A stretch of DNA of 63,297 nucleotides, filler included, from Choristocarpus tenellus KU-1152 (Eukaryota > Protista > Phaeophyceae), in assembly GCA_964200185.2 (NCBI GenBank). It is 11 parts of 11 records of this genome, joined end to end, with 100 filler letters (N's around TTAATTAATTAA, not from the genome) between each part and the next. Parts side by side here need not be neighbours in the genome. Positions count along the whole stretch, not along the records: positions 39,886 to 44,337 come from CAXNAD020014487.1; positions 44,438 to 49,145 come from CAXNAD020013385.1; positions 49,246 to 53,681 come from CAXNAD020014565.1; positions 53,782 to 57,406 come from CAXNAD020018886.1; 7 more parts are not named here. One strand, 5' to 3'. Below the pieces are notes generated by a model. The model was given only the letters and a program-made list of their open reading frames with translations, was not told the DNA's origin and searched no databases. Numbering within the stretch: position 1 is the stretch's first letter; the number at the start of each line of letters is the position of its first letter. Both the position numbers and the translations under genes were made by a program. Shown piece after piece: positions 41,831 to 54,023 of this stretch.

Positions 41831-42669
41831 GCTAAGCGAGAGTTGTACAGCTCTTGGCAAAGTGCGGAGACATTCATTGTGTGGAAATGGGGGAGCGTTG
41901 TACTTGTAGCTGGGCGCAGGGCAACCACTGAAAAGTGGGGCCGAAAATGATCGTTTTTTTCGGTTCCACTTCTCGGAACATATTCAGAGGTATTTCAGAA
42001 CAAAATGCAGAAACCAAAGCTCACCTCTGAATAATTTTATCCAGAGGTTCGATTTGAAACGGCTAAAACAAAAAGGGAAAATTCGAAACGCCGTAGACTT
42101 ACGGGACAGAGCCGAGTAAGAAGATATCAAGAGTTCCACGATTACATTGGATGCACTTCCTAGTCAAGTTAAGTCGCATTAACAACACACATTCACATCG
42201 CAGAGGTTGCAAGTTATAAACTCAGCGGAGCCGTTTTCTCAACTCCTTCTGGGGGGAGGAAAGTAGAGAGGGAAAGGTGTGGTGGTCCTAAAGAGATTGA
42301 AGGGGAAATGTGAAGATTGAGATAACCACATGGGGTGGGGTAGACCAGGACAGGCGGTGGAGATGACTAAAAGTGTTGCATATTTTTATCTGCTTGGTCG
42401 TTCCCCTTAGCAACCTCTTAGATTCTGTGGTTTTTCACTTCAGACAAATGCAACCATTATGTACGTTGTGCAGCATGGATGGCATATCTGATTTTTTGCA
42501 GAACACGATCTAAGGTTGCCAGGCACTCTGGAGCATAGTTCCCGGGCAAATGCACCTCAATAACCATCTCCTGATTCTTCACCTTCCCTGATATCCTTTC
42601 TTCCCCAACTAAATCCTCATTTCAGCTCACACTTTTGACCACTTGTCCCCATTCTCCGCCATGTCTCAC

Positions 42670-44134
42670 CTGACAACCAACACACTGAAGTGTGAATGAA
42701 GGAGCTTTTCTGAGGTCAGTCCCGTTGGTTTAGGTCCTTGCACTGCCCCAGGGTTGGCATCTCGTTCACGTGCCGCCTTTTCCGCTTGAACCAGAGCCTG
42801 TGTGATCAAGGTCCGAGTTATGGCTAGGTGCAGGGTTCAACCTAGGGCAAAGGCAAAGGCTTGGGTCAGGATCAGGTGTTTTCGCCTTCTCAAGCATGTT
42901 GCGCAATTTGGCTACAACAGAATTTTTTTTGCAGGGCTGGTATTGGGACAGGGGGTGAACCGAACTTGCAAAAAGAGCCAAAGTATCTTAGAGGTTAGAG
43001 CTGTGTCCATTTGGTGGCCAAAATCCAATGTTGCGATTTTTTTGATGTAATATTTGGCTATCGTGTTTATTAGGAAGTGTCGATATCCTTGTTACGGACT
43101 CACCTTTTCATAACGTATACATTTTACCTACTCCGAAATATTTTGGAGTAGGAAAATATCATAAGAACCCCGAAGGAAGCCAAGCCCCAAATGGACAAAA
43201 AGGGAAAAACTCGTACCCCCTAAGATACTTTTGCATGTCAGAGTCCAGGGCAAAAGGACCTCTGGCTTTGGTGGCTCGATATGAGTGGAGTTATGAGTCC
43301 AGGAATCGAATTGGTTTTGTTATTGTGAGTTAGGTGACCACTCAAAGTATCTTGTCAATGTGAACCAGGGCTTAGGCAATGTCCACCTCTGAACTAACAA
43401 TAATCTCTTCATAAGTTCTTAAAAAATCGTGAAATCACGTAAGTTTTTAATCTGTGCCCCACTAACACACACCATTGAGATTCGAAACTTGCATGTGTAC
43501 TGCTATTATCTTCGTGATACTCCAAACCAACAACTACCCCGAACATATCAAGTCAGGATATCTCTATCAGAAACTCAGACACCGTGATGATCGTAGATCA
43601 TGCTCTCTGTGGCTTTGATGTGCCCTCTCAATCCATCCTACCATACCCCCCTTTGTAAACCCTGTGGGGGGGCGAACAGTGTCTTTTTTTTGTGATTTTT
43701 TCTAAATGCTCACTGGATTATATTCTTTAACTTCAGGGTTGCTCTTCATAGCATGATACAAAAGGCAAAGTTTATGCGAAGAGGATAGATAGCCTGCGCA
43801 GAACTCACTCTGAGGCAACAGAACGCATTTTGACTTGCAATCTCTCCAAATTCCTATCAATCATGAAGCAGTTTCCTCTCTGCAAATCGACTGCTTGTCC
43901 TGTTCCAAGGACATTTCGTTCACCCCCAGAGCTCCCCCCCCAAAAAAAACGTTGCCTCTCACCTGCCCCTCAGTTGGAGCAGAACCAACAGGGAACAGAC
44001 GGGGAACCATGAGCCCATCAGATTCCCTTTCACCCATGCGGTACAAGAATGCATCCCACTTCCTGGTACGCTCATTGAAGACTGCTCCGCGGTACATGTG
44101 GCGAAAGCCTCCCAGTAAACGCCGCTGTTTGTAC
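42670..44134 (-). CDS. Putative AP2/ERF-like DNA-binding domain protein fragment (exons 43963-44134, 42670-42797; a further exon may start at 42159)
   Basis: YRGAVFNERTRKWDAFLY...VGSAPTEGQ|ALVQAEKAARERD resembles the AP2 pattern YRG..KW.A....G.F.T...AA. Splice sites are phase-compatible. Confidence 0.45.
42977..43232. mobile_element. MITE family B, near full length
   Basis: AAAGTATCTTAGAGG...CCCCCTAAGATACTTT inverted termini; the interior matches 56464-56713. Confidence 0.85.
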
Positions 44135-44437
44135 CTGAGGGACAGACAGAATGGCTCTTTCTTGTATTTCGTTTTGTTCTGGTCGAGAGACAAAATCAGG
44201 GGCCATGGACGGCGAACAAGAAGCTAAATAGCCAAATGGGACTGTACAATAGCAAGCATATCGGGAAGGAGTTTTTTAACTGGTGAGCGGTCATTTGCAT
44301 TACCACCAGTAATTTGCATATGTACTATATCGCCATGNNNNNNNNNNNNNNNNNNNNNNNNNNNNNNNNNNNNNNNNNNNNTTAATTAATTAANNNNNNN
44401 NNNNNNNNNNNNNNNNNNNNNNNNNNNNNNNNNNNNN

Positions 44438-44821
44438 AATAATAGAAACAATAAATATGATGAACAATAACAGAGATAATAATAGAAACAATAAATATGA
44501 TGAACAATAACAGAGATAATAATAGAAACAATAAATATGATGAACAATAACAGAGATAATAATAGAAACAATAAATATGATGAACAATAACAGAGATAAT
44601 AATAGAAACAATAAATATGATGAACAATAACAGAGATAATAATAGAAACAATAAATATGATGAACAATAACAGAGATAATAATAGAAACAATAAATATGA
44701 TGAACAATAACAGAGATAATAATAGAAACAATAAATATGATGAACAATAACAGAGATAATAATAAAAACAATAAATATGATGAACAATAACAGAGATAAT
44801 AATAGAAACAATAAATATGAT
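44438..44821. repeat. Near-perfect 40-bp tandem array (AATAATAGAAACAATAAATATGATGAACAATAACAGAGAT)n, cut by contig start
   Basis: About 9.5 copies, almost invariant. Confidence 0.97.
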
Positions 44822-46096
44822 CGATCATAGCACTCTCTAAGTAGTAAGGTAGGGGGCCCGAGCACACAGCATGAAGAGCAACGTTTCCACCAATCAATTA
44901 GCTGTGTGTTTGTCAAAATCAGCCGATGGGTGTCGTTCGTCAGGGAAAAAAATTCCACCTCACACCCCAAAAACATTGTTGGGCTCACCCAACAGGCAGC
45001 AGTCAGTCAAAGAGGCACAGCTGTCAACGCAGAGACCTACATCAGATGCATCGGCACCACAACACGTCCCAAAGGTCAATAACAAGGATTTGGGTGAGAG
45101 GGGTTCAAGTCTCCGTCACAGACCCCTTCCCTGGCTTGCAACACAGACGGGTGTAACTCATGCCGCATTCACCAAGATGTTCAACGAGTACAGCAGCATG
45201 TGTGGCAAATGAAACTTGCTGTAGGGTACGGAGAAACCTCACGCATGAAACTTTTTAAACGCCTCCAACAGTGTGGAGATCCCCCACCTTGTTTTTGATT
45301 CTTTTCCAGTCTATTGAAGCCACAAAAAAAGGAAGAAAACACCGTGCTCACAGGGGGAAAAAAAAATCATGCTTTCAAGTATCTAAGTATATACACACAT
45401 ACACACCTCATTGCGACGAAACTGTATCGTGAATATTACGTAGTATAGGTATGGAGGATGACCTCACGTATTCAACATCCTAGCTCTATCGTGCTCTTTC
45501 TCATAGCGTAGAACCATCGAAAATCCAATCAAAGGCACAAGCAGTACAAACAACTTGTACCACACTTTGAAAAATAGTAAGCAGAACCAACCGTAAGAAG
45601 TGCTGCCACTGCTGCAGAAGAGCAGTACAAGAACGGTACACGCTTTCAAAAAAAAAGAAAAAAAGAGCAACTTGGACGAGGTTGACACTTAGTACTCCAC
45701 ACGCCCAGGTACGATGCAGGGCAGGAAGTAAACAGGCCCGGCATTACTTCAAAGAAATACCACACAAAAAAAAAAGATTGCTGTTGCATCGGAAATTAGT
45801 GAGCACTACTACGGCAATTGAATGAATACCATGAGGCACATGTCCCTTGAAGTATCCTGGTGTAAGGAGAAACAAAACATCACCATCCCACCAACAACAG
45901 GATGGCGACCAAAGAGCGAGCATGAAGATCATCACTGCACCAGTTGTGTGAACACAGTCCAACCCTCGACACATACCCACAAAAGTGTGCTTTGAGACTC
46001 ATTTCAAACATGTACATATACAAACGAATTATTGCAGACAACCATAAATGTAGCCGATAAACACCCAACCCTCCAGCTCCTTAAAATTCTTTGCAC

Positions 46097-48773
46097 CTGA
46101 GCGGAATGCCCACCAGCACTGCCAAGGCTCCATTAGCCACCTGATCCACTGAACCAAACCCTAGGGCAAGAGATCCCGCTGCCAGTACACCTAGGAAACC
46201 CACTTCCACCATCCTTTCACTTGGACCCCTCCCCTCATATGGTCCGCTGATTGTCCCATTCCCACCATGATACAGCAAGCGGTATAGACAGTGCAAGGTT
46301 TGATAGGAGTACCAAATGTTTGTCTGTTGGGTAGTGAGAGCCAACAAAGGGTTACAACTAGGCACAGAGTTAATAGTGGACAGGTGCTAACTTCGGGAAT
46401 TGTCAATTCTGGAAGATTGGAGCAGTTAGTTGCAAGCCACAATATGTATATGTGTATGTATATATATACCGTCATGTGAGAAGTTGTGAGGTAAGACTGT
46501 ACTGTATGCCCAGACACGTAACCTCCTGCATACATCTTTTGATCCAGCGCTCGGTAGTAACTGCCACGATCCGTGTCATGCCTATTGCACCTATTGTGAT
46601 CATTGTGATTGCAAGAGAGGGATCAGCTAGTAGAGCACACGGCCACACTTATGCCCACAGCATCAAGATGTCCCCTAGCCCTACCCCTCACAGGGTAACA
46701 AATAAATACTACGCTGCGAAAACAAAAACTGCCAAAAAGAAGCCAAGAGCAGTACACTGCCAGGCAAGTTCCTGGAACACCTGAAACACAAACCTCAATT
46801 GCTCAGCCCATCACATTCAGCATTTTTCCCCGAGTCTAACTCTAACCCCAAGCTCCACCCTCACCTCACGGCACGACTGTAGCACACCCCACTTGCCCAG
46901 TTTAGGTCCTTTTCCGAAACATGGCAGGCGGGACTGGATGACTGGAGGTTTTTGTAGTGGTTACTCCACTCCTCACGCTGTTCCTTGACCTTTCCCTCGA
47001 GGTAGGGATACTGCAGAGAGGAAAGGTCTTCATCTGACCACTCTAATGGAGTTCCAAAAGCCTTGGGCAGGCATGCAATCCTATCGGGAATATTGTGGGA
47101 GGGTAGTGCTAGGGTTACGGCCAGGAGCTATGGAACCTCAGTCTGTTTTGTAAGAGGCAAGGGGACAGTGATACGGATGTACATTTCTTGTCCCTCAGGA
47201 TGGTAATTTTCTTCCAACATTTTGCACCTCAACCATCACTTCAAGGTTTCTTGGATACCATGAGCGGTTCATTGGCAAGGTGTACAGGATAGCTGGGGCT
47301 TTTTTGGTGGCAACACAACAGGTTTCACAAATCAAAAGTTCCATTGGCTTCTCTGTTGCCCTGCAACTGCTGCAATGAGCAATCGATATGTGAAGAGCAC
47401 AAATTGATGGCAAGCAAGAACAGGAAATGGGAAGTTGGAGCAATGGCTGGGGAAACATACTATTGAAGTACGATAGGTAGTCCATTCCATATCAATATTA
47501 CTATTTTCTTGTGGCTCTTACCAGGGCTCCACAACATGTAATACCATCAGTATATCCAGTATACCCAAGGATTCATGTCACTATCCCATATCACTCACCA
47601 GTGGTGGAGTAATGAATCTGTTCCCTTCTCCTTCTCCTTGAGAAGTAGAAGGCCCAGTCGAACTTGCCTTACAAATCCGTGGCATGTTGGAACAAGTTCC
47701 ACCGAAGCCACATCACAAGGCAGGAGAAGTTGTTGGTCAGTGTCAACCTTTCGACCAGTCGAGGCACCGGTATAGTTAACAACCCTTTGAAGAACATATT
47801 TCTTAGTAAACTCCCATAACCCACGGCGTAATATAGCACAATAGAGGTATCTCAACACTGTTAACAGCAGCGACTAACGGAAGGAGTGAGGCGATAGGGA
47901 ATGAAAATTGTTGTTGTCCCATGTACGTGGAATGAGACGTTCACATGGTTCCACGACAGCATTTCCCCTATGACCATACACCATTACGAATATAATTTTC
48001 AACAAGATTTTGAAACACATTTCTCCGCGAGTTCGTCTCCGCGTTCCCCAGCCGATCCTCACCATGGGCTTTTGTCCCAATATGTCGCGTCTACCCACTC
48101 GGGGAAGGGGCACTGTTGGTCTGTAGTAGTCACCAAGGCCGATGCACTCGGGACAACTACTATTTCTTCATTCGCAGATATACTTTGTGTGGCCACAACA
48201 CCTGGAGTAGGGCGTGACAAGTCAGTGTCATGGTGGGCAATGCCTGGTTGGGGATGTCCTTCAGGCCACAGACATACCTTGCCTCCAGTCCATGGACTCC
48301 TATGAGCGCATGCAAATGGGCCAGACAGGAATTTCGCACCTCTGAGACTATCCACTGATGTCACTTCGACCTTTGGTGACTTTATTCCTGCTTCATCCTT
48401 GGCCCACTGGAGGAGACGGGGGAGACCCTGGTCTGTCAAGGAGATCTTCTTTGATGAGGCGGTGCTGGTCATGCCCATCCTGGTGAGGGCGGCATCAAGA
48501 AGGTACTAAAGATCCCTATGGTCGCGTATTACACATGATAGACCAACCGGCCATGCACTGAGCAGATCGTGCTCAAGTCAAACTTGCTTGATACATTGTT
48601 ACAATATGATAGTACATGAGCAACTTCAATGTTGGTGGCATTGCAAGGAGCAACCTGTGATGTTCGTATCCCCAAGGAGATTGGCGACCATGATACGTAG
48701 GCGGTGCCAAGAAGGCAGTGCTTCCAGCAAGGCAGCAAGCACCAGCAAACACAGCTACCTGGACAGTCCTCAT
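46097..48773 (-). CDS. Plastid-targeted SET-domain (Rubisco LSMT-like) lysine methyltransferase, 3' end not found (exons 48655-48773, 48340-48479, 48063-48201, 47599-47667, 46865-47080, 46097-46246)
   Basis: Signal peptide plus STAFLAP (ASAFAP-like). Then LLQWAK..GI, RG|VVATQSISANEEIVVVP, RLGLLLLKEKEKG.DS....W|IACLP....TPLEWSDEDL..LQ, WA...YSRA. All junctions are GT-AG and in phase. Confidence 0.85.
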
Positions 48774-51149
48774 GTCAATGATGCCTTCAATCTTCAATTC
48801 AATTCAGATTTGGATGGACCTTTAATCATTACAAAACAGAATAAACCTTTTGAAATCGGTTTACATAATACATACACCTACTCCGATTTTATGCCAACTA
48901 TTATGAACCAAATCGAAAAAATATACACTGTTGTACCGATTTTTTCGACATGCTCAAAAAAATAGACTTTTGTACCGGAATTCTCGTATTCGGGCGATTT
49001 GGCACAAACTCGTGGAGAAATTCACGCGAGTGGCGCGCGCGTAAACATTTCTCGCGAAAAGTGCCTTCTTCCTGAGTCATTACCACACCGCAGTACAGTA
49101 CGTTGCTGGTAGGGGAATAAAGTGGAAGCCATGCCTTGTGCCGCGNNNNNNNNNNNNNNNNNNNNNNNNNNNNNNNNNNNNNNNNNNNNTTAATTAATTA
49201 ANNNNNNNNNNNNNNNNNNNNNNNNNNNNNNNNNNNNNNNNNNNNCTCTCTCCTGTTTCTTTTTTTTTCCTTTTTTCTCTTTCGCCCCCCCCCCCCCCCC
49301 CCCCCCCCCTCTCCTCCGCAAATGTCGGTGGGCGGGTGGACTACTGTTGCCTCTTTTGTTTGATTGTGTAAAAATAGGCTTAGGTTGGTGGGGAACTTTC
49401 CGAGCCTTCTCCTTGGGCCCTAGAGCTTCTGATGGCGTGAGGGGGCTGTTGTGACTAGTCGTGCGATAAAATTGTGTGCAGATGAAAAAAATAATAATGA
49501 TAAAGAGCTATTGACAAATTTCAAGGTTGTTGAGCAGCTGCTCATCCGGTGTGCATGCATTGCTCCAAAGGTTTTGACTGAATGGCAAGATCATTGTGAG
49601 CTCTGTCAGTCAGTGGGATATGAGCATGAAGCAGTGGTATGGAAAGGAGTAGGGGTGTATGACATACACCCGAGTGTAAAAAGATAAGCATAGTGCGGAT
49701 TGTATTCTGTGTGGCACTTGTTGCTTTTGACTTTCACTCTCTGAGTTTGTTTTGACTGACTCTACATTGACTGTGGTAGACTGTAATTCAAAGAACTGGT
49801 ATCCTGTTCCTGCTGTCTTGATTGAATACATATCATCCTCACCTCCTTTGGATGATTCCGTACAATTCTACAATATATCTTTCTGTTACAAACCTTGGAT
49901 GAAATATCAGGGTGATGGACTGTTCGTGGCTCACATGTTTGCAAACAAGTATGGAACGGATTGACGTAGAATTTACCTCAATGTAGTATTACAATTGCTA
50001 AATAATACTAGAAATGAAAGTATTTCATGTTCAAAGTTAGTGTGTGTGGGGTCATGCTCCTTTGTGAAAGTCCCTCTAAGGTTTCTTCTCCACAATCTTC
50101 TGAGTGTTGACATTTACAAGAGACCCAAAGTTAACTAGAGGTTCCCCCAAGTTTTGATTGTTTTACATTTCAAGTCTGTCTTTTGATCCTCTGCACTTCC
50201 ACCCATATTTCTATTGATGAAGTGCTAGGTTTGACTTGAGAGCGTTTATTTCTCAAATGTTTGTGAAATTTTCCAGACACAAATTCAGAAAATATCCTGC
50301 ACACATTTGTAATTTTTTTTTTTGAATTTTTCCACATATTTTTGTAGAACAACCATAAAATGCAAACCTGGGTACCTCTCGTTCACTCACTTTGACTCAG
50401 ACTTCTTCTTGTTGTGACCACTGTTGGGCCTTAGGATCCTCTCTTGCCATTCCACTTATCTACCAATCTTTTGCTACTACAATACTGCTGTTATTGATAA
50501 TTGAAATAATGCGGTATTGTCTATTATGCATAGTGCATAAATGACAGGTTAACCAATTCCAAATAGTGTACAATTGCTACTAAGTTGTCCTCAACTTCAG
50601 TTCACATCATGTGGTTAAGAGTAGTGACGTGTGCACAGGGTGTGTGGGTGGTGACTTGTGTTGCCAATAGATGGATAGCATAGTGAAAAACTCCTTCTCT
50701 ATGGAAGACATAAAGCCCCCTCATGACTGTCAAGTCCTCTGCCTACACAGGGGATGAGTAAGCAGATACTAAGAGTTTCCTACATTTGGGATTAAATGTA
50801 ACATTACTTTTAGCAAGCTCCGTTCTGGCTCAGGAACGACCCACATAGTAAACCCTCTGGACGAGGCTTAGTTCTTACATAGATTAGGAGGCATGCAGAG
50901 TTTGAGATAGTGGGCTGTGATGAATGTGGAGGATCACCAGCGCAAAGTCAACCAAGTTTCATTGGGACGGGGGTCAAAAACCTCGCGAAACTTGTCAAAG
51001 CAGGTGTTTATTGGGATGCCTAGGATGAAGGCCCCCCGTCTTTTGAGCAGCTTGCTCGTCTCATTGTCGTCCATTGGTCCCAATTCTTTGACCCAGAAGT
51101 CTGTCTGGGGTCAGGACTTTTAACACCCCGATAAGAACAGCGTGATGGT

Positions 51150-52363
51150 GCGATGCCTGGAGGTGGGTGGGTGTGAGAATCAGATGCTTTGGGGGACAGT
51201 GGTGGCAATTGTGGAGGACTTCGGGATTTCCCGAATCACTGTGTTCTCTCATCTGAAGAAATATGACAGTCAAATTGCATGGGGTGAATGCATGGATCTT
51301 GTAGGACACCGCAAGGGGTGATATGGCCACCATACAAGTATTCTCAACATTTGGGATACCCCATTGGTACATTGCACATCCTTCCACAAATGGGCGGCCA
51401 AAGCTGGGGTTTCCCTTGCCTCGTTGTGGGATCTGTGCAAGCTTGAGAAGGCAAAGAAGATCAAGTGGTGGATTTGGCTTGAAATCTCAGACCAGCAGAA
51501 AGTCAACAGGGTGGGTTTTGTCATCAGACACACGCACAGGAGGGGGGAAAGCGGAGTATTAGTGGATAATCTATATGACTGGGTGTATGCGGACAAGAAG
51601 TGGTTTTACATCCTCAAAGATGGGCAAGGTGTGTACCTGCACCCCACTGACGACCCCCTCAACCCCCCACGGGTACAGAATGAATGTTACATTACGAAGG
51701 TAATGTTCCGTGCAGTTGTGACACGCCCTAGGAAGCTGTACAACGTTGTGTGGTTTGATAGGGCAATCAGTATCTGGCCAATTGTGGACACTAAAGGTGC
51801 TCAGTGCTCCAGCAAACACCGGTCACAAAAACCCAAAGGCATTAAGGTGCTTGTGCCAGTCACAGCAGATAGGGAGAGGTATAAGAAGCTCATGATCGAG
51901 GGTGTCATACCTGTAATCAAGGGTCGCACGCCTAGGCCGGAAGGACACGCCATCTTCGTGCAGCAGGGGGGGACAAGGCCACACACCAGGTAGGGGATCA
52001 TGGAGGTCATCGAGGAGGAGGAGACCATGGACAACATTGTCATAGAGACCCAGCCAGCCAACCCACCTGACCTCAACATGAATGATCTGGGATTCTCTAA
52101 TTCCATCCAGTAACTGAAGGAAGACGTGGGGTTGACTAACACAGAGGATCTGGTGGGGACTACAATGGAGGCGTTTGGTGTGTACCGCCGGGAGACTAGA
52201 GTGTATCTGGCAGAACCTCTTCACAGTCTATGCTCAAGTGCTGCGGTCCAAGGGTGACAACATCTTCAAAATTCCCCATCCTAGCAAGGAAAAGGTTGAG
52301 AAGGTGGACAAGCTCCTCCCGAATGCCCTGGTGGATGGGGCGAAATATCGTGCTGGAATGTAG
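51150..52363 (+). pseudogene. Decayed Tc1/mariner (DD39D-like) transposase
   Basis: HTH-like FGISRITV, YADKKWFY, YITKVMF...RPR, WFD..I.IWP, VQQGG.RPH, QPANPPDLNMNDLGF, GDNIFKIPH; in-frame stops and a frameshift. Confidence 0.9.
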
Positions 52364-52458
52364 TTTTGGAAAGCTTCGGGGGAATCATAGATAGGTGTAG
52401 GCTGCCCCATTTGGTTGAGATTTTGGTGTCCAGCCGATTAGTGTCTGCACACTATATA

Positions 52459-53523
52459 TGGTGTTGGCAGTCGCCTCTAGGACAGAATTTGTCCTGCTCT
52501 AACTCTTGATTGGCATGGAGTTTTTCCTCGAAATTAAGCTTGATGTGACTCTTGAATCACTCTTAACATTATAAGATCGGTTGGAGTTGGTTGTGGTGAG
52601 ATGGGCGAGAGGGCGATTTTCCTCACTAAAATCAAGTTACTTAGACATCCGTCCGTCCGTCGTCCAGCATACGGCTTGGAGGGCTATTTCTCCTCTCTCA
52701 GGACGAGCTTTCCACGGGAAGAAGAGTCGTGATCCTCCATGTCTCATCTGTCTGTGTGCAACCCTTAACTCTTCATTGTTATTGTAGCCCCACTGTTATG
52801 CCTAAAGGCCACCAGATAGCAGCCAGCTAGCCAGTCCTCATCATCGAGCTTGCCCAGGAATACACGCTTTCCGTCGTAGTCGCGACCCCTCTTTGATTTC
52901 TTTTTTCGCAATGATTGACTGGTCCACTCGATCAAGTGCGAATCCCCCTCTCGACATATGGCAATCACCAGCTCGTACACTCTGCCCAACCTCTTCCTTC
53001 GACTTCTGTGAAACTTGAAGCCTGGAGGTAGAGACCGCACCACGATATCCAGCATGTCCTTCGACAGAGGGACTTCCGCAGCCATTGTGCCGAGTTTTGA
53101 GTGGACAATCTACGTTGTAGTGAGCTGCGTGCGAAGGTCAAGCTCCGAAAGCCTCCCACAGTATATTGTTAACAGTCACCTTAATGATAGCATCACAGAT
53201 AATTTTTCAGGTGATGCAAGGCGTGATTAGCACATCAAATTAAAGCTGAGATCAAAATGTGTCGATTGGGTCAAAGATATCCGGTCGCGAAAAAATATCT
53301 TGTTATGATTTTCAGCGATTTTCATTTTTTTGGCAATTCAAACCAACCTTTCGGCATTTACTAACTCAACACAAAGTAATTTGCGACCGGATTTCTTTGG
53401 TCCCAATCCACAGCATTTTTGATCTCAGCTTTAATTTGATGTGCTGATCACTGATTAGGACGCCTTGCATCGCCTCGAAATGTATCAAGGTCGGCCTTAT
53501 CCTAGAGGCGACTGCCAACACCA
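52459..53523. mobile_element. 1,065-bp non-autonomous TIR element flanked by TA
   Basis: Perfect 24-bp TIR TGGTGTTGGCAGTCGCCTCTAGGA (52459-52482) / TCCTAGAGGCGACTGCCAACACCA (53500-53523), with TA on both sides. Confidence 0.88.
52765..53085 (-). CDS. Unknown 106-aa basic ORF inside the TIR element
   Basis: ATG-initiated, CpG-rich, non-repetitive ORF; no family recognised. Confidence 0.3.
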   Translation of the reverse strand: MAAEVPLSKDMLDIVVRSLPPGFKFHRSRRKRLGRVYELVIAICREGDSHLIEWTSQSLRKKKSKRGRDYDGKRVFLGKLDDEDWLAGCYLVAFRHNSGATITMKS

Positions 53524-53781
53524 TACACCCATACAATATGATGTGAAAAAAAATCTTGCTTCTTCGTTGACATTGCAAAAAGTTGTTACATTTAATTGCT
53601 AACGGTGGAAGTACTATAAACAGTGGATTTTCAAAATTGAGGAAGGAGCGGGACTATGAGGATGGTTGTTTTGCGAAAACGNNNNNNNNNNNNNNNNNNN
53701 NNNNNNNNNNNNNNNNNNNNNNNNNTTAATTAATTAANNNNNNNNNNNNNNNNNNNNNNNNNNNNNNNNNNNNNNNNNNNN

Positions 53782-53942
53782 GGGGGGGGTGTCGGCGTCC
53801 GTTTTTCAGTCTTTTTTCGATTTTCACTTTTTTGGTGTGATTTGGTGGCACGTGTCCGATTTGCGATGTCATAAAAAAAAACGTTGTTGGACCGAAACAG
53901 AAGCCCCTCACAAACCACACACACCCCCAGATACTTTGACCC
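53782..53942. mobile_element. MITE family A, cut by contig start
   Basis: Reverse-complement copy of 56725-56899, ending CAGATACTTTGACCC. Confidence 0.88.
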
Positions 53943-54023
53943 AACATGTTACACCTTGTGATATACTCTAGGTAGCACTCCATCAGTCTAGAAAACCACA
54001 GAATCGACACATGAAGGCAATAT

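Noticed and set aside
40400-42100. Fanzor/TnpB nuclease associated with the mariner relics (also checked 49246-53681)
   Set aside because: No RuvC motifs or CPxCG-type zinc ribbon were seen in the ORF track or hand translations
49451-49964. Possible decayed coding sequence or protease-like fragment
   Set aside because: Interrupted frames with no convincing motif or splice pattern
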